Position numbers and translations under genes: made by a program. DNA of 63,905 bases, counting the filler, from Chiloscyllium plagiosum (lineage: Eukaryota), in NCBI RefSeq assembly GCF_004010195.1. It is 3 parts of one record of this genome, joined end to end, with 100 filler letters (N's around TTAATTAATTAA, not from the genome) between each part and the next. Parts side by side here need not be neighbours in the genome. Positions count along the whole stretch, not along the records: positions 31,467 to 59,671 come from NC_057714.1; 2 more parts are not named here. One strand, written 5' to 3'. Every line of letters begins with the position of its first letter. The stretch's first letter is position 1. The notes under the pieces were generated by a model. It was not told the DNA's origin. It ran no database searches and was given only the letters and a program-made list of their open reading frames with translations. Positions 38,160-51,062 of the stretch are shown here, in pieces.

Positions 38160-38748
38160 GAAAATGTTACAGCTGTACAAGACATGGGTATGAACACATT
38201 TGGAGTACTGTGTACGATTCTGGTGGCATTGCTCTAAGAAGAATGTTATTAAATTGGAAAGGATGCAAAATACATTGACCACGATGTTACTGAGACTGGA
38301 GGGTTTGAGTTATAAGGAGAGATTGGATAGGTAGGGACTTTTTCCCTTGACTATAAGAGGCTGGAGTAGTGACCTAATAGAGGTTTATAAAATTATGAGG
38401 GGCGTAGATAAGGTGAATATCCAAAGTCTTTTTCCCAGCGTAGGGGAGTCCAAAACTGGAGGGCATAGGTTGAAGGTGAGAGGGAAAGATTTAAAAGGGA
38501 CTTACTGGCCAAACTTTTTCACACAGAGGGTGGCGCGTATATGGAATAAGCTGCCAGAGGGAGTGATAAAGGCGAGTACAATTGCACTATTTAGAAGACA
38601 TTTGGATAGATCTATAGATAGGAAAGATTTAGAGGGATATGGGCCAAATGCAGGTAAATGGGATTAATTACGTGTAGGAAACCTGGCCAGCATGGTCGAG
38701 TTGGGCCGAGGAGTCTGTTTCCATGCTGTATGACCCTATGACTCTATA
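38160..38748 (+). mobile_element. CR1 3' fragment
   Basis: DLIEVYKIMRG...FFTQRVARIWNKLP; ctatgactctat tail. Confidence 0.9.
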
Positions 38749-39427
38749 AGTGGACAATGTTCAGCTGAGGGTTGCTTCAGTTTCACCATAGTCCCTAATT
38801 TCCATCATGAAGGCCATCATGTTTTCAGAGTGGACCTCAGCTAGAATTCTAACCATCAAACAAGAAACCACCAATGGTTCCCAAAGAAAAGCAAGGCACA
38901 GTGTCTTTCCTGCTATTCCTGAGAGGTGGCCGACTCTTGCAAAGGGTGTACCTCAGCGGCCCTTACCAGGTAAACTTCCATTTCTTCACTGTTACTGGAT
39001 CAAACCCATGAAATCCGTTCCTGACAGCATTGTGGGTGTACCGCCACCTCCTGCTCATTTGTGCCCTATAGACTGTAGCGCTTTTTGGAAGCAGCTCACC
39101 ACCACCGTCTCAAGGGAAATTAGGAATTGGAAATAAATCCTGTCCTCGTCAGTAACACCCACATCCTGTGAACTGATATCTAAAAAGTCTACCAAATGGA
39201 GAGGCTTCCTGGAGGTAATCCCTAGTCTATTTGACCAACATAGAATGATTCTCACCACTAACCCTCACACAATAGAGTTTGAGAACATCAGCAAGGGGAG
39301 CAAATGAGAGATAAATGAAACCAACAGTACAGCCCATCTGAGGCTAGAGATAACAAAGGCATGGATGGGGTGAAAGTTGGCAGTCCTAGTGATGGTGTAT
39401 ATTTATGATTGGGCTCTGGATCATAGT

Positions 39428-39637
39428 CGAAAATGTGTTGCTGGAAAAGCGCAGCAGGTCAGGCAGTATCCAGGGAACAGGAGAATCGACGTTTCGGGCA
39501 TAAGCCCTTCTTCAGGAAGAAGGGCTTATGCCCGAAACGTCGATTCTCCTGTTCCCTGGATGCTGCCTGACCTGCTGCGCTTTTCCAGCAACACATTTTT
39601 GGCCCTGATCTCCAGCATCTGCAGACCTCACTTTCTC
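39428..39637. mobile_element. Palindromic non-autonomous PLE-terminus insertion with 14-bp target-site duplication
   Basis: Arms 39430-39513 and 39516-39599 with one mismatch; CTCTGGATCATAGT at 39414-39427 and 39638-39651. Confidence 0.9.
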
Positions 39638-39829
39638 CTCTGGATCATAGTGGTGAACAGTTTGGTTTAGCCTCATTAAAAGACCCAGGAGGTAGATAAG
39701 GATAGTGATAGACAGACAGGGTTTATGGTAACAATGTCTTTGAACTGCTCCAAATTTCATTGGAGAAAATTTCTTATGGATGTCAGGCATGCTGCATGAC
39801 AAATCATAGGTGGGGAAAACATTTAAGAC

Positions 39830-42310
39830 AATATGACCTAGGAGCAAAATTAGGCCATTCAGGCAATCAAGTTTGCTTCACTATTTGATCATGGCTGATA
39901 TTTTTCTCAACTCTATTCTCCTGCCTTTTCCCCATAACTCTTGATCCCCTTACTAATCAAGAACATGTCTATTTCTGTCTTAAATACACTCAGTGACTTG
40001 GCTTCCACAGACTTAGGCAGCAATACATTCCACAGATTCACCACCATTTGGCTGAAGGATTTCCTCATCATCTCAGTATACAGGCTACTAGACTAGGTGG
40101 GGTTGAGGTTCACAAGGAAGAGCTATTAGAAATCCTGCAGAGTGTGAAAATAGATAAGTCCCTTGGGCCGGATGGGATTTATCCTAGGATCCTCTGGGAA
40201 GCCAGGGAGGAGATTGCCGAGCCTTTGACAATGATCTTTAAATCATAATTGTCTACAGGAATAGTGCCAGAAGGCTGGAGGATAGCAAATGTGGTTCCCC
40301 TGTTCAAGAAGGGGACGAGAGACAGCCCTGGTAATTATAGACCAGTGAGCCTTACTTCAGTTATTGGTAAAGTGTTGGAAAAGGTTATAAGAGATAGGAT
40401 TTCTAATCATCTAGAAAAGAATAATTTGATTAGGGATAGTCAGCATGGTTTTGTGAAGGGTAGGTCGTGCCTCACAAACCTTATTGGGTTCTTTGAGAAG
40501 GTGACCAAACAGGTAGATGAGAATAAACTGGTTGATGTGGTGTATATGGATTTCAGCAAGGCGTTCGATAAGGTTCCCCACAGTAGGCTATTGTACAAAA
40601 TGCAGAGGGATGGGATTGTGGGAGATATAACAGTTTGGATAAGTAATTGGCTTGCTGAAAGAATACAGGGTGGTGGTTGATGGGAAATGTTCATCCTGGA
40701 GTCCAGTTACTAGTGGTGTACCGCAAGGGTCGGTGTTGGGTCCACTGCTGTTCGTCATTTTTATAAATGACCTGGATGAGGGCGTAGAAGGGTGGGTTAA
40801 CAAATTTGCAGATGACACTAAGGTCGGTGGATTTGTGGATAGTGACAAAGGATGCAGTAAGTTACAGAGAGATGTAGATAAGCTGCAGAGCTGGGCTGAG
40901 ACGTGGCAAATGGAGTTTAATGCGGACAAGTGTGAGGTGATTCACTTTGGTCGGAGTAACCGGAATGCAAAGTACTGCTAATGGTAAGATTCTTGGTAGT
41001 GTCGATGAGCAGAGAGATCTCGGTGTCCAGGTACACAGATCCTTGAAAGTTGCTACCCAGGTTGACAGAGTTGTTAAGAAAGCATGCAATGTTTTAGCTC
41101 GTATTAATAGAGGGATTGAGTTCCGGAACCATGAGGTTATGCTACAGCTGTACAAAACTCTAGTGTGGCCGCACTTGGAGTATTGTGTACAGTTCTGGTC
41201 ACCGCATTATAAGAAGGATGTGGAAGCTTTGGAAAGGGTGCAGAGGAAATGTACTAGGATGTTGCCTGGTATGGAAGGAATGTCTTACGAGGAAAGGCTG
41301 AGGGACTTGAGGCTGTTTTTGTTGAAGAGAAGAAGGTTGAGAGGTGACTTAATAGAGACATATAAGATAATCATAGGGTTAGATAGAGTGGACAGGGAGA
41401 GCCTTTTTCCAAGTATGGTGACGGCGAGCACGAGGGGGCATAGCTTTAAATTGAGGGGTGATAGATATAGGACAGATGTCAGAGGTAGTTTCTTTACTCA
41501 GAAAGTAGTAAGGATATGGAATGTTTTGCCTGCAACAGTAGTAGGTTCGCCAACTTTAAGTACATTTAAGTCGTCATTGGACAAGCATATGGACGTACAT
41601 GGAATAGTGTAGGTTAGGTGGGCTTCAGATTGGTGTGACAGGTCGGCACAACATCGAGGGCCGAAGGGCCTGTACTACACTGTAATGTTCTATGTTCTAA
41701 AGGGTTGTCCCTTCACTCTGACTCTGTACCCTCGGGTCCTCGTCTCTCCTACTATTGGAACCATCTTTTCCACACCCACTGTCTTCCTAACTGCCAACTA
41801 AACCTTCATGTAAACCTTAACAAAATCCAGAACTTGCAACTCTACGTCCCTTGTGCTTCAGACTTCTGAAGCCTTTCCCCAGTTAGAAAATAGTCTTCGT
41901 CTGTACTCTTCCCACCAAAGTGCATAACCACATATTTTCCCACATTGTATTCCATCTGTCACTTCTTTGCCAACTCTCCTAGCCTACCCATGTCCTTCTG
42001 AAGTCTGCCACTTCCTCTAAACTACCTGTCCCTCCACCCGTCTTTGTGTCATCTTCAAACCTAGCAACAATCTCTTCAATTTTTTCTTCCAGATCGTTAA
42101 TAGAGAACGTGAACACTTGTGGTCTCAACACTGACCATTGTGGAACTCCACTATGTCTGTCATTCTGAAAAAGACCCCTTTATCTCTACTATCTGCCTTG
42201 TGCCACTCAGCCAATCCTCATTCATGCCAGTACATTGTCCCCAACACCATAGGCTCTTACCTTATTTAGCAGCCCCACATGTGGCACCTTGTCAAGGCCC
42301 TCAGGAAATC
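39830..42310 (-). mobile_element. Older CR1 split by a younger CR1 insertion
   Basis: 39830-40077 and the sequence from 41695 join to match the uninterrupted copy near 11990-12030. Confidence 0.8.
40078..41698 (+). mobile_element. 5'-truncated CR1 with a near-complete RT domain (frameshifted) and (TATGTTC)n tail
   Basis: NYRPVSLTS, QHGFVKGRSC, YMDFSKAFD, GVPQGSVLGP and KFADDTK. Confidence 0.97.
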
Positions 42311-42676
42311 CAAACAGAAGCCAAACAAGCAGTGGAGCAATACAGCTCAGTGTCACTTGTTTATGATAACCTTATGACGTCACTGAGGGGCAGCAAGTAG
42401 ATAAGAAACAGGATTGGCAAGGATATGTCCCTAATCCAAGAACACGTAATGATGCTGTGGTGACTGGATATGACAGATAGTGTGCAGGACAAACCAATCT
42501 TCCAGTTGCAGGGACACTTACAGATCCTGTCTGCTCCCTACACTATTCCTTTTATTAATTTTCATACACACAAATTACTGAAGAGGAAGTGTATGATTTG
42601 GTGAAATTAGTGCTTAACTCCAATATGATGTTCTACAAATGTGTTTGGCAGCACTGTTTATCCTAATTTTTTGCAG

Positions 42677-42788
42677 GTACTCCATTCTTGCATTTAAGTC
42701 GACTGAAGAACCACCAGTGAGTCCTGATGCATGCGCTGCCATCTTGGAAAAAGTTAAGCTTGAAAACTGGGTTCTGGGGAAGACCAAG
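42677..42788 (+). CDS. MYO3A: Myosin IIIA exon, converter: (R)[37 protein letters not shown]
   Basis: ttttttgcag acceptor; AAG|gtagag donor. 112 nt, phase 2 to 0. Ends in the converter GKTK motif. Confidence 0.97.
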
Positions 42789-43379
42789 GTAGAGTTATTT
42801 GTTTTTCTTTTAACCTGCCTGCTCTTGTGGCTGCCATGAAATTTATTTGAGAAAAATGATGTAGCTTCTCATTTGGTATTGGTTTGTTTACTTGATGTTA
42901 ACCTCAGCTCATTGGTAGCACCACTGCAACTTGAGTACAAAGGTAATGAATCTAATCTTCACTCCAGCCATTTGTTTTCATTCTCAGTACATAGATGGTG
43001 TGAGCATTTAATGCCTATTTCAGGTTGGCTTGTGAAGATGGCAGTGGATGTTTTTTGTTAACCAAGTCGTAGCTTATTATAAATTAAATCGTTTGTCAGG
43101 TTTTTGCAAAGAACAGTTAATGATCAAATATGTTGGCGTGTGATAGAATTCACCTGTATGTCAGACTGGCTAAAGGTTTGTACATTCTTTCTAAAGAGCA
43201 TTTTCAAGCCAGTTGCGCATTTATAGCAATCCAACAGGTTCATGCTCACTGTGCCAACTTTCCATTTCCAATGTTTTAAAATCGTTCTGCCACCATACGC
43301 CTTGAACTTGCTTGGTTCCCAGTCTGAGAGAGTTGTCCTATGATGAGAGGCTGTGTGACTGCAGTCCCTGGAGCTATGT

Positions 43380-45300
43380 CTATACATTATGGCATTCAGA
43401 GGAATGAGAGCTAATCTCATTCAAACATGCAAGGTTCTGAAGGGCTTTGACAAGGTAGAGACTGAGAAGTATTTCCCCATGCTGAGGAATCTGCAACATG
43501 ATAGCGCAGAGTCAGGATAAAGACCAATCGGCCAGGACAGAGAAGAAGAGTAATTTTTTAACTCACAGTTTGGCGAATCATTGGAATTCTCTCCTCGTCA
43601 TGCCTAAGGAGGCTCCATCATTGATCACATCTAAGACTGAGATGGACAGACTTTCAATGTCTCAGGGAAACAAAGGATTTGGGAAAGACAGGCAGGAAAG
43701 TGGAGTTGAGGCAGAAGATCAGGCATGCATTTATATAATGGCAAAGCAGGATTGACTGACCTACAGCCCACTCATATTCCTTATGTTGAATTCATGCATT
43801 CGGTTTACATTTCCGGGAAATACTGAGTGAGCATTGTATTACAGACCCCTAGCAGTAACCACAGTGTGGGACAAAAACATATTGGATGCCTGTCATAATG
43901 ATGAAATTGCAGGTGAATTGACCAAATATTTTACTTCTGTCTTCACTATAGAGGTTACAAGCCTTCCAATAATAGCTGTAGTACAGGAGTTAGAAGGATG
44001 AGAGGAGCTTAATGAAAGTACAATCAGGAGGGAAGTGGCACCGAGCAAACTGATCCAGCTGTGCAGTGACAAGTCTGTGGTCAAGATGGACCTCATCATG
44101 AGATCTTAAAAGAGGTTGATGAGCAAGTAGATGCTTTGGTGTTAATTTTGCAAGTTCGGGAAATATTCCATCAAACTGGAAAGTTACAAACATCTCTACT
44201 CAGGAAGGGAGAGAGGCAGAAAACAAAACCCAGTTAGCTTGATGTCTGTCATGGGGAAGTTGTTCGAATCAACCAGTAAATAAATTATAGTTATACACTT
44301 CAAAAAACTGAAGGTAATTGGTAAGACTCAGCATGATTTCATCAAAGGAATATTATGTTTACCCAATTTATTAGAGTTCTTTGAAAGAATAATATGTGCA
44401 ATGAATAAAAGAGAAACCTATTGTATTGGGATTTGTAGAAGGCATTTGATAAGGTGCCACATCAAGGTATTGTGGGAAATTAAAGCCCATGGGTAATATA
44501 TTAACATGGATAGAAGATTGGTTGTCTGGCTTGCTGACAGCAAACAGTGTATGAAATGGAGTCTTTGTCTGGTTGGCTAAATATGACAGGTGTACTACTG
44601 AAGGGATCTGTGCTAGGGCCTCAACCTTTTACAATTGACGTGATTGACTTAGTTTAGGGGAGTAAAGGCATGGTAGCTAAATTGTTGGATGACACCATGA
44701 TAGATAAAAAGGTATGTTTTGAAGAAGATCTAAGGAAGCTGCAGGAAGATTCTTAAGGACGGTTTTGCTCACGCTTTGGAACAGTGTGAACTTATTAGCA
44801 AAAAGCACTTCTGATTTCCTTGATTGCAGAAGGATAGAAATGCGTTGAAGGCAATTGATATTGGTACCTGGAATGAACAGGTTGGACAGATTGAACTTAT
44901 TTCCACTAGAGTTTGGAAAAATGAAGGATGACTTGATTGAAGTGTATGAGATGGTCTTGACAAGGGTGATGTGAAAAAGATGTTTCTTCTTCTGGGTCAG
45001 TTCATAACCATGGTTACTGCTTTAAAATGAGGGGTTTCCTTTCAGAATAGAGAAGAGGAGTTTTTTTTAACTCTCAGGTCATTGTGTGACTTTGGAACTT
45101 TCTGCATCAAAAGACAGTGGAGCAATGGTCAATAAATATTTTCAAGAAAAAGTTGGATGAAATCTTGTTCAGCAGTAGAATCAAGTGATGCTGGGAGTGA
45201 ATGGGAACTTGGAACTCTAAACACAAACCAATCTGTCATGATTTTGTTGAATGGCAGGTTGGGCTTGAGGGGCTGAATGATCCATTTCAGTTCCTATTTG
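43380..45300 (+). mobile_element. Decayed CR1 fragments (about 43380-43790 and 43890-45300)
   Basis: Degenerate RT motifs (KAFDKVPH, GSVLGP) and 3' UTRs. Confidence 0.7.
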
Positions 45301-46029
45301 TCTGTTTGAACAGTATCTGCAATCTGGTCTTCTGTGCTGTTTATAACTGAGCCATCCTTACCCTTGCCCCACCCATAGTCCACTAATCCCTGGTGAGTCA
45401 CCATGTGCTGATCCTGATTCTACACTAACCATTTGATTTAAGCTGGTCAATGTAAATGTTCAATCAAGTGAGTGGCCTTCTTCAACAGTGTTGCATGCTT
45501 TTCTTCTCTCTCTTCATCCTTGTAGGAAGTAGCTGAGCAGGTGCAATTGTTGAGTACTTGAAATCAGGAAATCAAAGAGGGCAAGTTTGTGAGATGGAAG
45601 GGTTGAGAAACAGAAACTACACAATAAAGTGCTTGGTCATTATACCAAGTTTTGAGTGAGAGTGAGTTGAGAGTTGACCAGGGGAATTAAAGCTTCAACA
45701 TTCCCACTTCCTCGATGCTCTCCATGACTCCAGATGCCACAGGTTCCTTTGCAGCCAGTACCGTGATGTGGGCAGTCATCTGCTCTTTGGGCTCAGGAGA
45801 TACAGGCATTCTGGTTCCCAGGTATAGAGGTTGCACAAGGTAAATGTGAGGCTGGTACCATTAGTCCTCACTTTCTCCTGGTACCGATGGTCAGTATGTG
45901 AGGGTGAGCTGCTCCTAACATGCACCCTAACTGTCAGTGAGTGCAGATGGGTGAGTAATGTGACTCTAGTACACTAAACAATGATAGTCTGTTCGTGAGG
46001 TGATGTTTGTAAAGATGCGTTCACTGCTT

Positions 46030-46270
46030 TTGAATATGAGATTATTAGACTTTTGTGGCAGAGATGCCAGGTCCTCTGTTCTAGATTCCCATGGCCAACA
46101 TCCCAGATTATCTGCTGCCACTCCCTCTTGAGATCTGTCTTTTTGGGTCCCTTGGACCTTCTGAAAAATCATAGCCTCATTCTGTTCCTATCCACCTCAG
46201 CCATTAATGCCTCCAGTACCACATCCATCATCTTGCAGCCATCTCCCTGCCCTTCAGTTCACTTTGCCAC
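46030..46270 (-). pseudogene. Second decayed Harbinger-type Myb/SANT relic
   Basis: Minus strand VLEALMAEVDRNR...KREWQQIIWDV...RTWHLCHK. Confidence 0.5.
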
Positions 46271-47279
46271 GATACAGGAATATACTTGGCTGCATCACAT
46301 AGTCTTTGAACAATGTTTCTCAGCCCTACCTTGAGCAAAGAGGCAGCAGGCAGCATGAAGAAGATGGTAGGAGTGTGAAACCATTTTGTCCAGATATTAA
46401 TATCATGTTGCTGGGGTTGGAGTGCAAACCTGTGTTTCAGTCACATTAATCTGAATTTCTAGACCCAGACATTTCTTTCATAAGGCTCTGAAAAAATTGT
46501 AAACGTGTTGAAAATGTATCCACATTTTCACAAAACCAATCACTTTATGAACAACTTAAAACTAAATTTAGTGACTTTTTATTTCAAAGTTTCCGAAAAA
46601 TGTTCTGCCAGTCTTTGTAATGTGAAAACACACAAAGATCAAAAGTGCCACGCAGGGCAAATTATCTCTTTTAAAAAACTAAATTTAAAAACAATGACTA
46701 ATGTAATAAGTTTCATACACACATACATAAGACATTTGGTAGATTTCTGATATTAAGCACAGAAAAGTGAAAGCTTTTGATAATGCAAGTTTGATGTTGT
46801 AATCCTTTGTTGACTGAGTGAGTGATTCAGAGTGGTTCCAATATAACAGTGGAGAAAGGTAAATGTGGATGCTTTTGGCAAACGTCAGTTTTGTCTTAGT
46901 GCTAAGAATAGACAGCAGTAATTCTCATTGTACCTGCATAATGTGGCTGAAGTTAAGACAGGATTGTACAAAAATGTTCACATCTGACCAGCAAAAGTAG
47001 AAACAAGGGCATGGGAGAACAATAGACTGACAAATATAATAAAGTTTGATCACTGATATCTGTGCTACATTTTCATGGAAGAGGTGTTGTGGTCAAGTCC
47101 AGGACCTGCAATTTTTTTGGCTAACATTAATCATTCATGAGCATGTCTTTGCAAAGTATGTTTCTCCATAATTCATGGGCAAGTTCATGAGAAATCATTT
47201 TAGTTGTTTCATGATTATGCAACAAATATTAAAGGATAAAGTTCAGATAATCCATTTCAGCAGGCTGTTTGATCCCCAG

Positions 47280-47442
47280 TATATGTTATTTAATTTCCCT
47301 GATTTTTATTTCATTAATTTAATTTTAATATAACAGACAAACTACCAGTCACACCTGTTACTGCCTAGTGTGACTGGTAGTTTGTCTGTTATATTAAAAT
47401 TAAATCAATGAAATAAAAATCAGGGAAATTAAAGAACATATA
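47280..47442. repeat. Inverted repeat with 75-bp arms and a 13-nt loop
   Basis: 47280-47354 versus 47368-47442, two mismatches. Confidence 0.95.
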
Positions 47443-47814
47443 AATTTGAAATTTGTTGATGTTAGTGTTTAATTGCTGGGTTCACGGCAATTTCACCAGA
47501 TCATTTTTAGGTAACAAAATTATTCCATAATCAAGTCACTCAATTACCAACTACATTCCACATTGTTAAAGACTTAGAAATAATTTTACTATACCTATAA
47601 TCAAAAACACTTTGCGATGCAAGAGGACATAAAAGGGAATCAAATTTAATGGAACTGTTTGAAAGGTTTTGAATACTGTAGCTGATGTTAATTTCAATTT
47701 ATATAAACCGTCAGCATTTCACAACTTTCACAAAAATGAGCATATTTTATTAAATCTTCCTTCATTCCTGATGATATTTCACATTTTAGTCACTTTGCTG
47801 TTCTCTATTCTCAG

Positions 47815-47977
47815 GTGTTCCTTAAGTATTACCATGTGGAACAGCTCAATCTCATGAAGAAAGATATCACAGATCGAATAGTACTCATACAGGCCTATGT
47901 GAAGGCCTGGCTTGGAGCTAAAAGGTACAGAAGGATACAAGAGAAGAGACAACAGAGTGCTGTTGCCATTCAGTCAG
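47815..47977 (+). CDS. MYO3A: Myosin IIIA exon, converter end and IQ1: [16 protein letters not shown]...[14 protein letters not shown]...AVAIQS
   Basis: ctattctcag acceptor; CAG|gtaaac donor. 163 nt, phase 0 to 1. [13 protein letters not shown] is diagnostic of class III myosins. Confidence 0.98.
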
Positions 47978-48089
47978 GTAAACTTCCATCTTTGAATTTG
48001 CTACTGCCATTCATCAACCTAGCTTAGTTCAAGTGATCAGATATAGCAACGACTTATAAAGAGCCTAAACAATAGAAAAAGACAAATAA

Positions 48090-48325
48090 AAGCAAAAGTA
48101 CTGCAGTTGCTAGAGATCTGAAATAAGAGCAAAAAGTACTGGAGAAATGCAGCAGGTCCAGCTGCATCTGGGAAGGAGGAAAATGTGTCAAGTCCAATGA
48201 CTTTTCTTTGGAACTCATGTTGTGAGGAGTGCCCAAGAAGAGTCGTCTCAGACGCAAAATGTTAACTTTATTTCATTCTTGACACGTTGTTGTCAGACCA
48301 AGTTTCGCAGCACTTGGTGTTTTTA
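48090..48325. mobile_element. Degenerate inverted pair of PLE termini
   Basis: ctggagaaatgcagcaggtccagctgcatctg followed by a decayed mirror arm. Confidence 0.55.
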
Positions 48326-49542
48326 TAAGATTTTCAAATTTGTAACATTCAGTTTGAATAGTCATGTGTAATGAAACCCCTAATGGGAGGAAGAGACTCA
48401 TTCATAGGCAGATTTACATAGTGCCTTACTCATACCAAAGTGTCAACATAAGCTTTATCCTTTGCTTCAATTTTAACCCCTGAATTGTACCTTTACTCAT
48501 TTTCGTAACTCTTTATCCTATTCTTTACCATATGGTTCCATATACTAAATGATTAAAACTATAAGATCTCTGTATCATTCTATGTTAATCTTCCTCTAAT
48601 ATATCAAAAACTACTTGCAGATACACTACCGGCAATTAAATAGTGCCATCCTGAATTTACACGAAGGTTGTCCCCATGTTGCACAATAACATCCATAGAG
48701 GAGTATTCTGATAAGAATAATGCACATAAACAATGTGTTAATGGTTACTTTGCACCATAGAGAAGTACTTCCCCTTGAATTGCTTACAGTCAGGACCTAG
48801 AAAAGTGGAAGAAATTGAGAGAAATAAAGAAGGTATTGATGGTCATGTTATCACATCAATGCACTATGCTGGGATCTGATTCAAATGAAGACTGTAAAAT
48901 GATGACCTAAAGAAAAATTCAGAAAAGCTATGGAAAATAAACATCCAAAACAAGGTCACATTAATAGGGTACAGAATGAATTGGCTATTGTTCACTTGGC
49001 TTATCTTACCTTGGACAAGCTGTACACTAATAGTGCAATATGTACTCTCTGGCTTTACAGACAAGTCTTTGTTACATTAAACAAATGTGTCATGACATTA
49101 CAATATTTAAAACAACACAAATATCAAATTCCAATTACATTTTTGTCAGTGAAAGCTTTGTTCCTTGCCAGCTCTGGTTCTCTTTATTAAGTTGATATAA
49201 AACATGTTACTCTTGTTATGGTCTTGTCTGTTATTAGATTTTTATCTTCCTTTGCATTCCATCTCCAAGCTTAGTAATAAGTGCAATTTAATTCTGTCTT
49301 TGACAAATTGTTTCTGAATTTACTTAAATCTTTCCAAATTCCAACAGCTCACTGCATATTTTATCTGTTCATTGAGTACATTATCCTTAATAAAGTAGAA
49401 TTCTCTACTTCAGATCAATAACAACAGGATAAAAAAGAAACCGGTACCTGTATATTTATTTTAAACTGCAGTGAATACAATCCAAGTTGGTGAAATTAAA
49501 GTTTCCTATGTATTATTTGTTGCACAAATACACTATTAGTTG

Positions 49543-50495
49543 TGAGCTGTGTCTCAGTTGGTTACCTTTTCCCTTTGGAGACAGCAGGCTGTGAATTTGA
49601 GCCTTAACTGCTGAGACAACAGAAAAACCCATGCTGACGCTCTAGAGCATTACAGAGGGAGCATTGCTTTGTAGCAATGTTCAATGAAAACTTAAACTGA
49701 GGACCTGTCTACACATTTGATTTGTTTTTATACATTTGTTCACATGACTTGGATGTTGATTCCTAGTGTAGTGCTTGTAACAAGTCAGCCAGGTGGACAT
49801 CATAGAATATGAGTTTCCTGATTGGAGCTGTTAACCTGATCCAAACAGGAAGCCCTGGCTGACAGATATAAATAGGAGTGTCACAGGTCCTATTCACTCT
49901 GCTGGCTCTGAGGAAGTTGTACAGTATCAAGTACTATGCATGTGTAAATAATGAGAGAGCTGGTGATGAGATATCAGCCTCTGTGGAGTTATTTCACCTA
50001 GACCAGCATTTATCATCCATCTCTAATTGGCTCTTGAGAAGTTAGTAGTGATCTGCCTTCTTGAACTGCTGCAGTCCATAGTGTGCTGGTAGAAAGGGCA
50101 TTCCAAAATTTTGAGATAGTGATGGTAAAGGAGTAGTAGCAAGCTTCAAGTTAGGATATTGTATAACTTTAAATGAAACTTGCAGCTAGTGTTGTTCCTA
50201 TGTATCTGTATCGTTGTCCCTCAAGAAAATAGAGATCATGAGGTTGGAAGGTGCTGCTGAAGACACCTTGATGAGTTCACTATAAAAGATCCTAGAGTAC
50301 TGCTACAAAGAAAAACATGAGAGTACTAATTGCCTCCTGCTCAATGTTTATAGTTGTTGCTCAAGCACTATAAGCACATAAATTAACCTGGTTATTAATT
50401 GGTTAACATATTTCCTACAATAAAGAGAACACTTTAAAAGTACTTCAGTGGCTGTAAAAGTCTTTGGGACATCCTGAGATTATAAAAAGACAGAA
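49543..50495 (+). mobile_element. Deu-domain SINE (SacSINE1-like) split by a minus-strand LINE end (~49715-50278)
   Basis: tRNA-like head and 'gctgacgctct...gagggagcattgc...ttaaactgaggacctgtct'; resumes near 50280 with 'taaaagatcc...gtaaaagtctttgggacatcctgag'. Confidence 0.65.
49767..49996 (+). mobile_element. Solo LTR with 5-bp target-site duplication
   Basis: TG...CA ends; CCTAG at 49762-49766 and 49997-50001; internal TATAAATA and a downstream AATAA signal. Confidence 0.85.
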
Positions 50496-50580
50496 TTTTT
50501 TTTTTAATACAGGATATGCAACATTTGTACTCTGATAAATCCTGTCTGCCCACAAGACTACCCTGAAAGTTGTAATGTAT

Positions 50581-50884
50581 CCATCAGGCAGAAGATACAG
50601 AAACTTGAACACACGTACCAATAGGTTCAAGAACTGCTTCTTCCCTGCCATTATTAGACTGATGAATGAATTCTCTATCTTCAAATAATGCTGATCTTGT
50701 TAATGTTGATTTTGTTAAAGTTGATCTTACCTTGTGCACGCACTGTGCGGTGTAACCCTTATGCCTCACTGAGTCCAAGTTTTTTCACCTTATGATCTGT
50801 ATGTTCCTGCTTACCAAGGTCTGCCTGTACTGCTCACAAATAAAGCAAACAAATATACATGTGATTATAAATCAAATCAAATCA
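50581..50884 (+). mobile_element. Rex1/Babar-type LINE 3' end
   Basis: PSGRRYRNLNTRTNRFKNCFFPAIIRLMN followed by an (AATCA)n tail. Confidence 0.75.
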
Positions 50885-51062
50885 TTTGTTGGTTAGTATG
50901 GGAAAGGGCTGACATTATCTTTTAGATTCCAGTAAGCACAGTCTCTCAAAATCAGAAGCTAAATGTTGTTCGTGGGCCCAAGCAAGAAGACTTTTCACTC
51001 TGTAGTGCTAGACTTGACATGTTTAAAGCATAGACTAAAAATGCCATAAAGATACAGCAGGC

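Noticed and set aside
39377..39847. Overlapping ORFs on both strands with near-identical peptides
   Set aside because: A by-product of the palindrome.
37758..47977. MYO3B as the gene identity
   Set aside because: [25 protein letters not shown] and the long IQ-containing tail ending FSKQ/I.K.SEE fit MYO3A.
48790..48832. Purine-rich exon-like segment between cttacag and gtattg
   Set aside because: The intron is phase 1; in that frame it has an immediate TAG, and its length is not a multiple of three.
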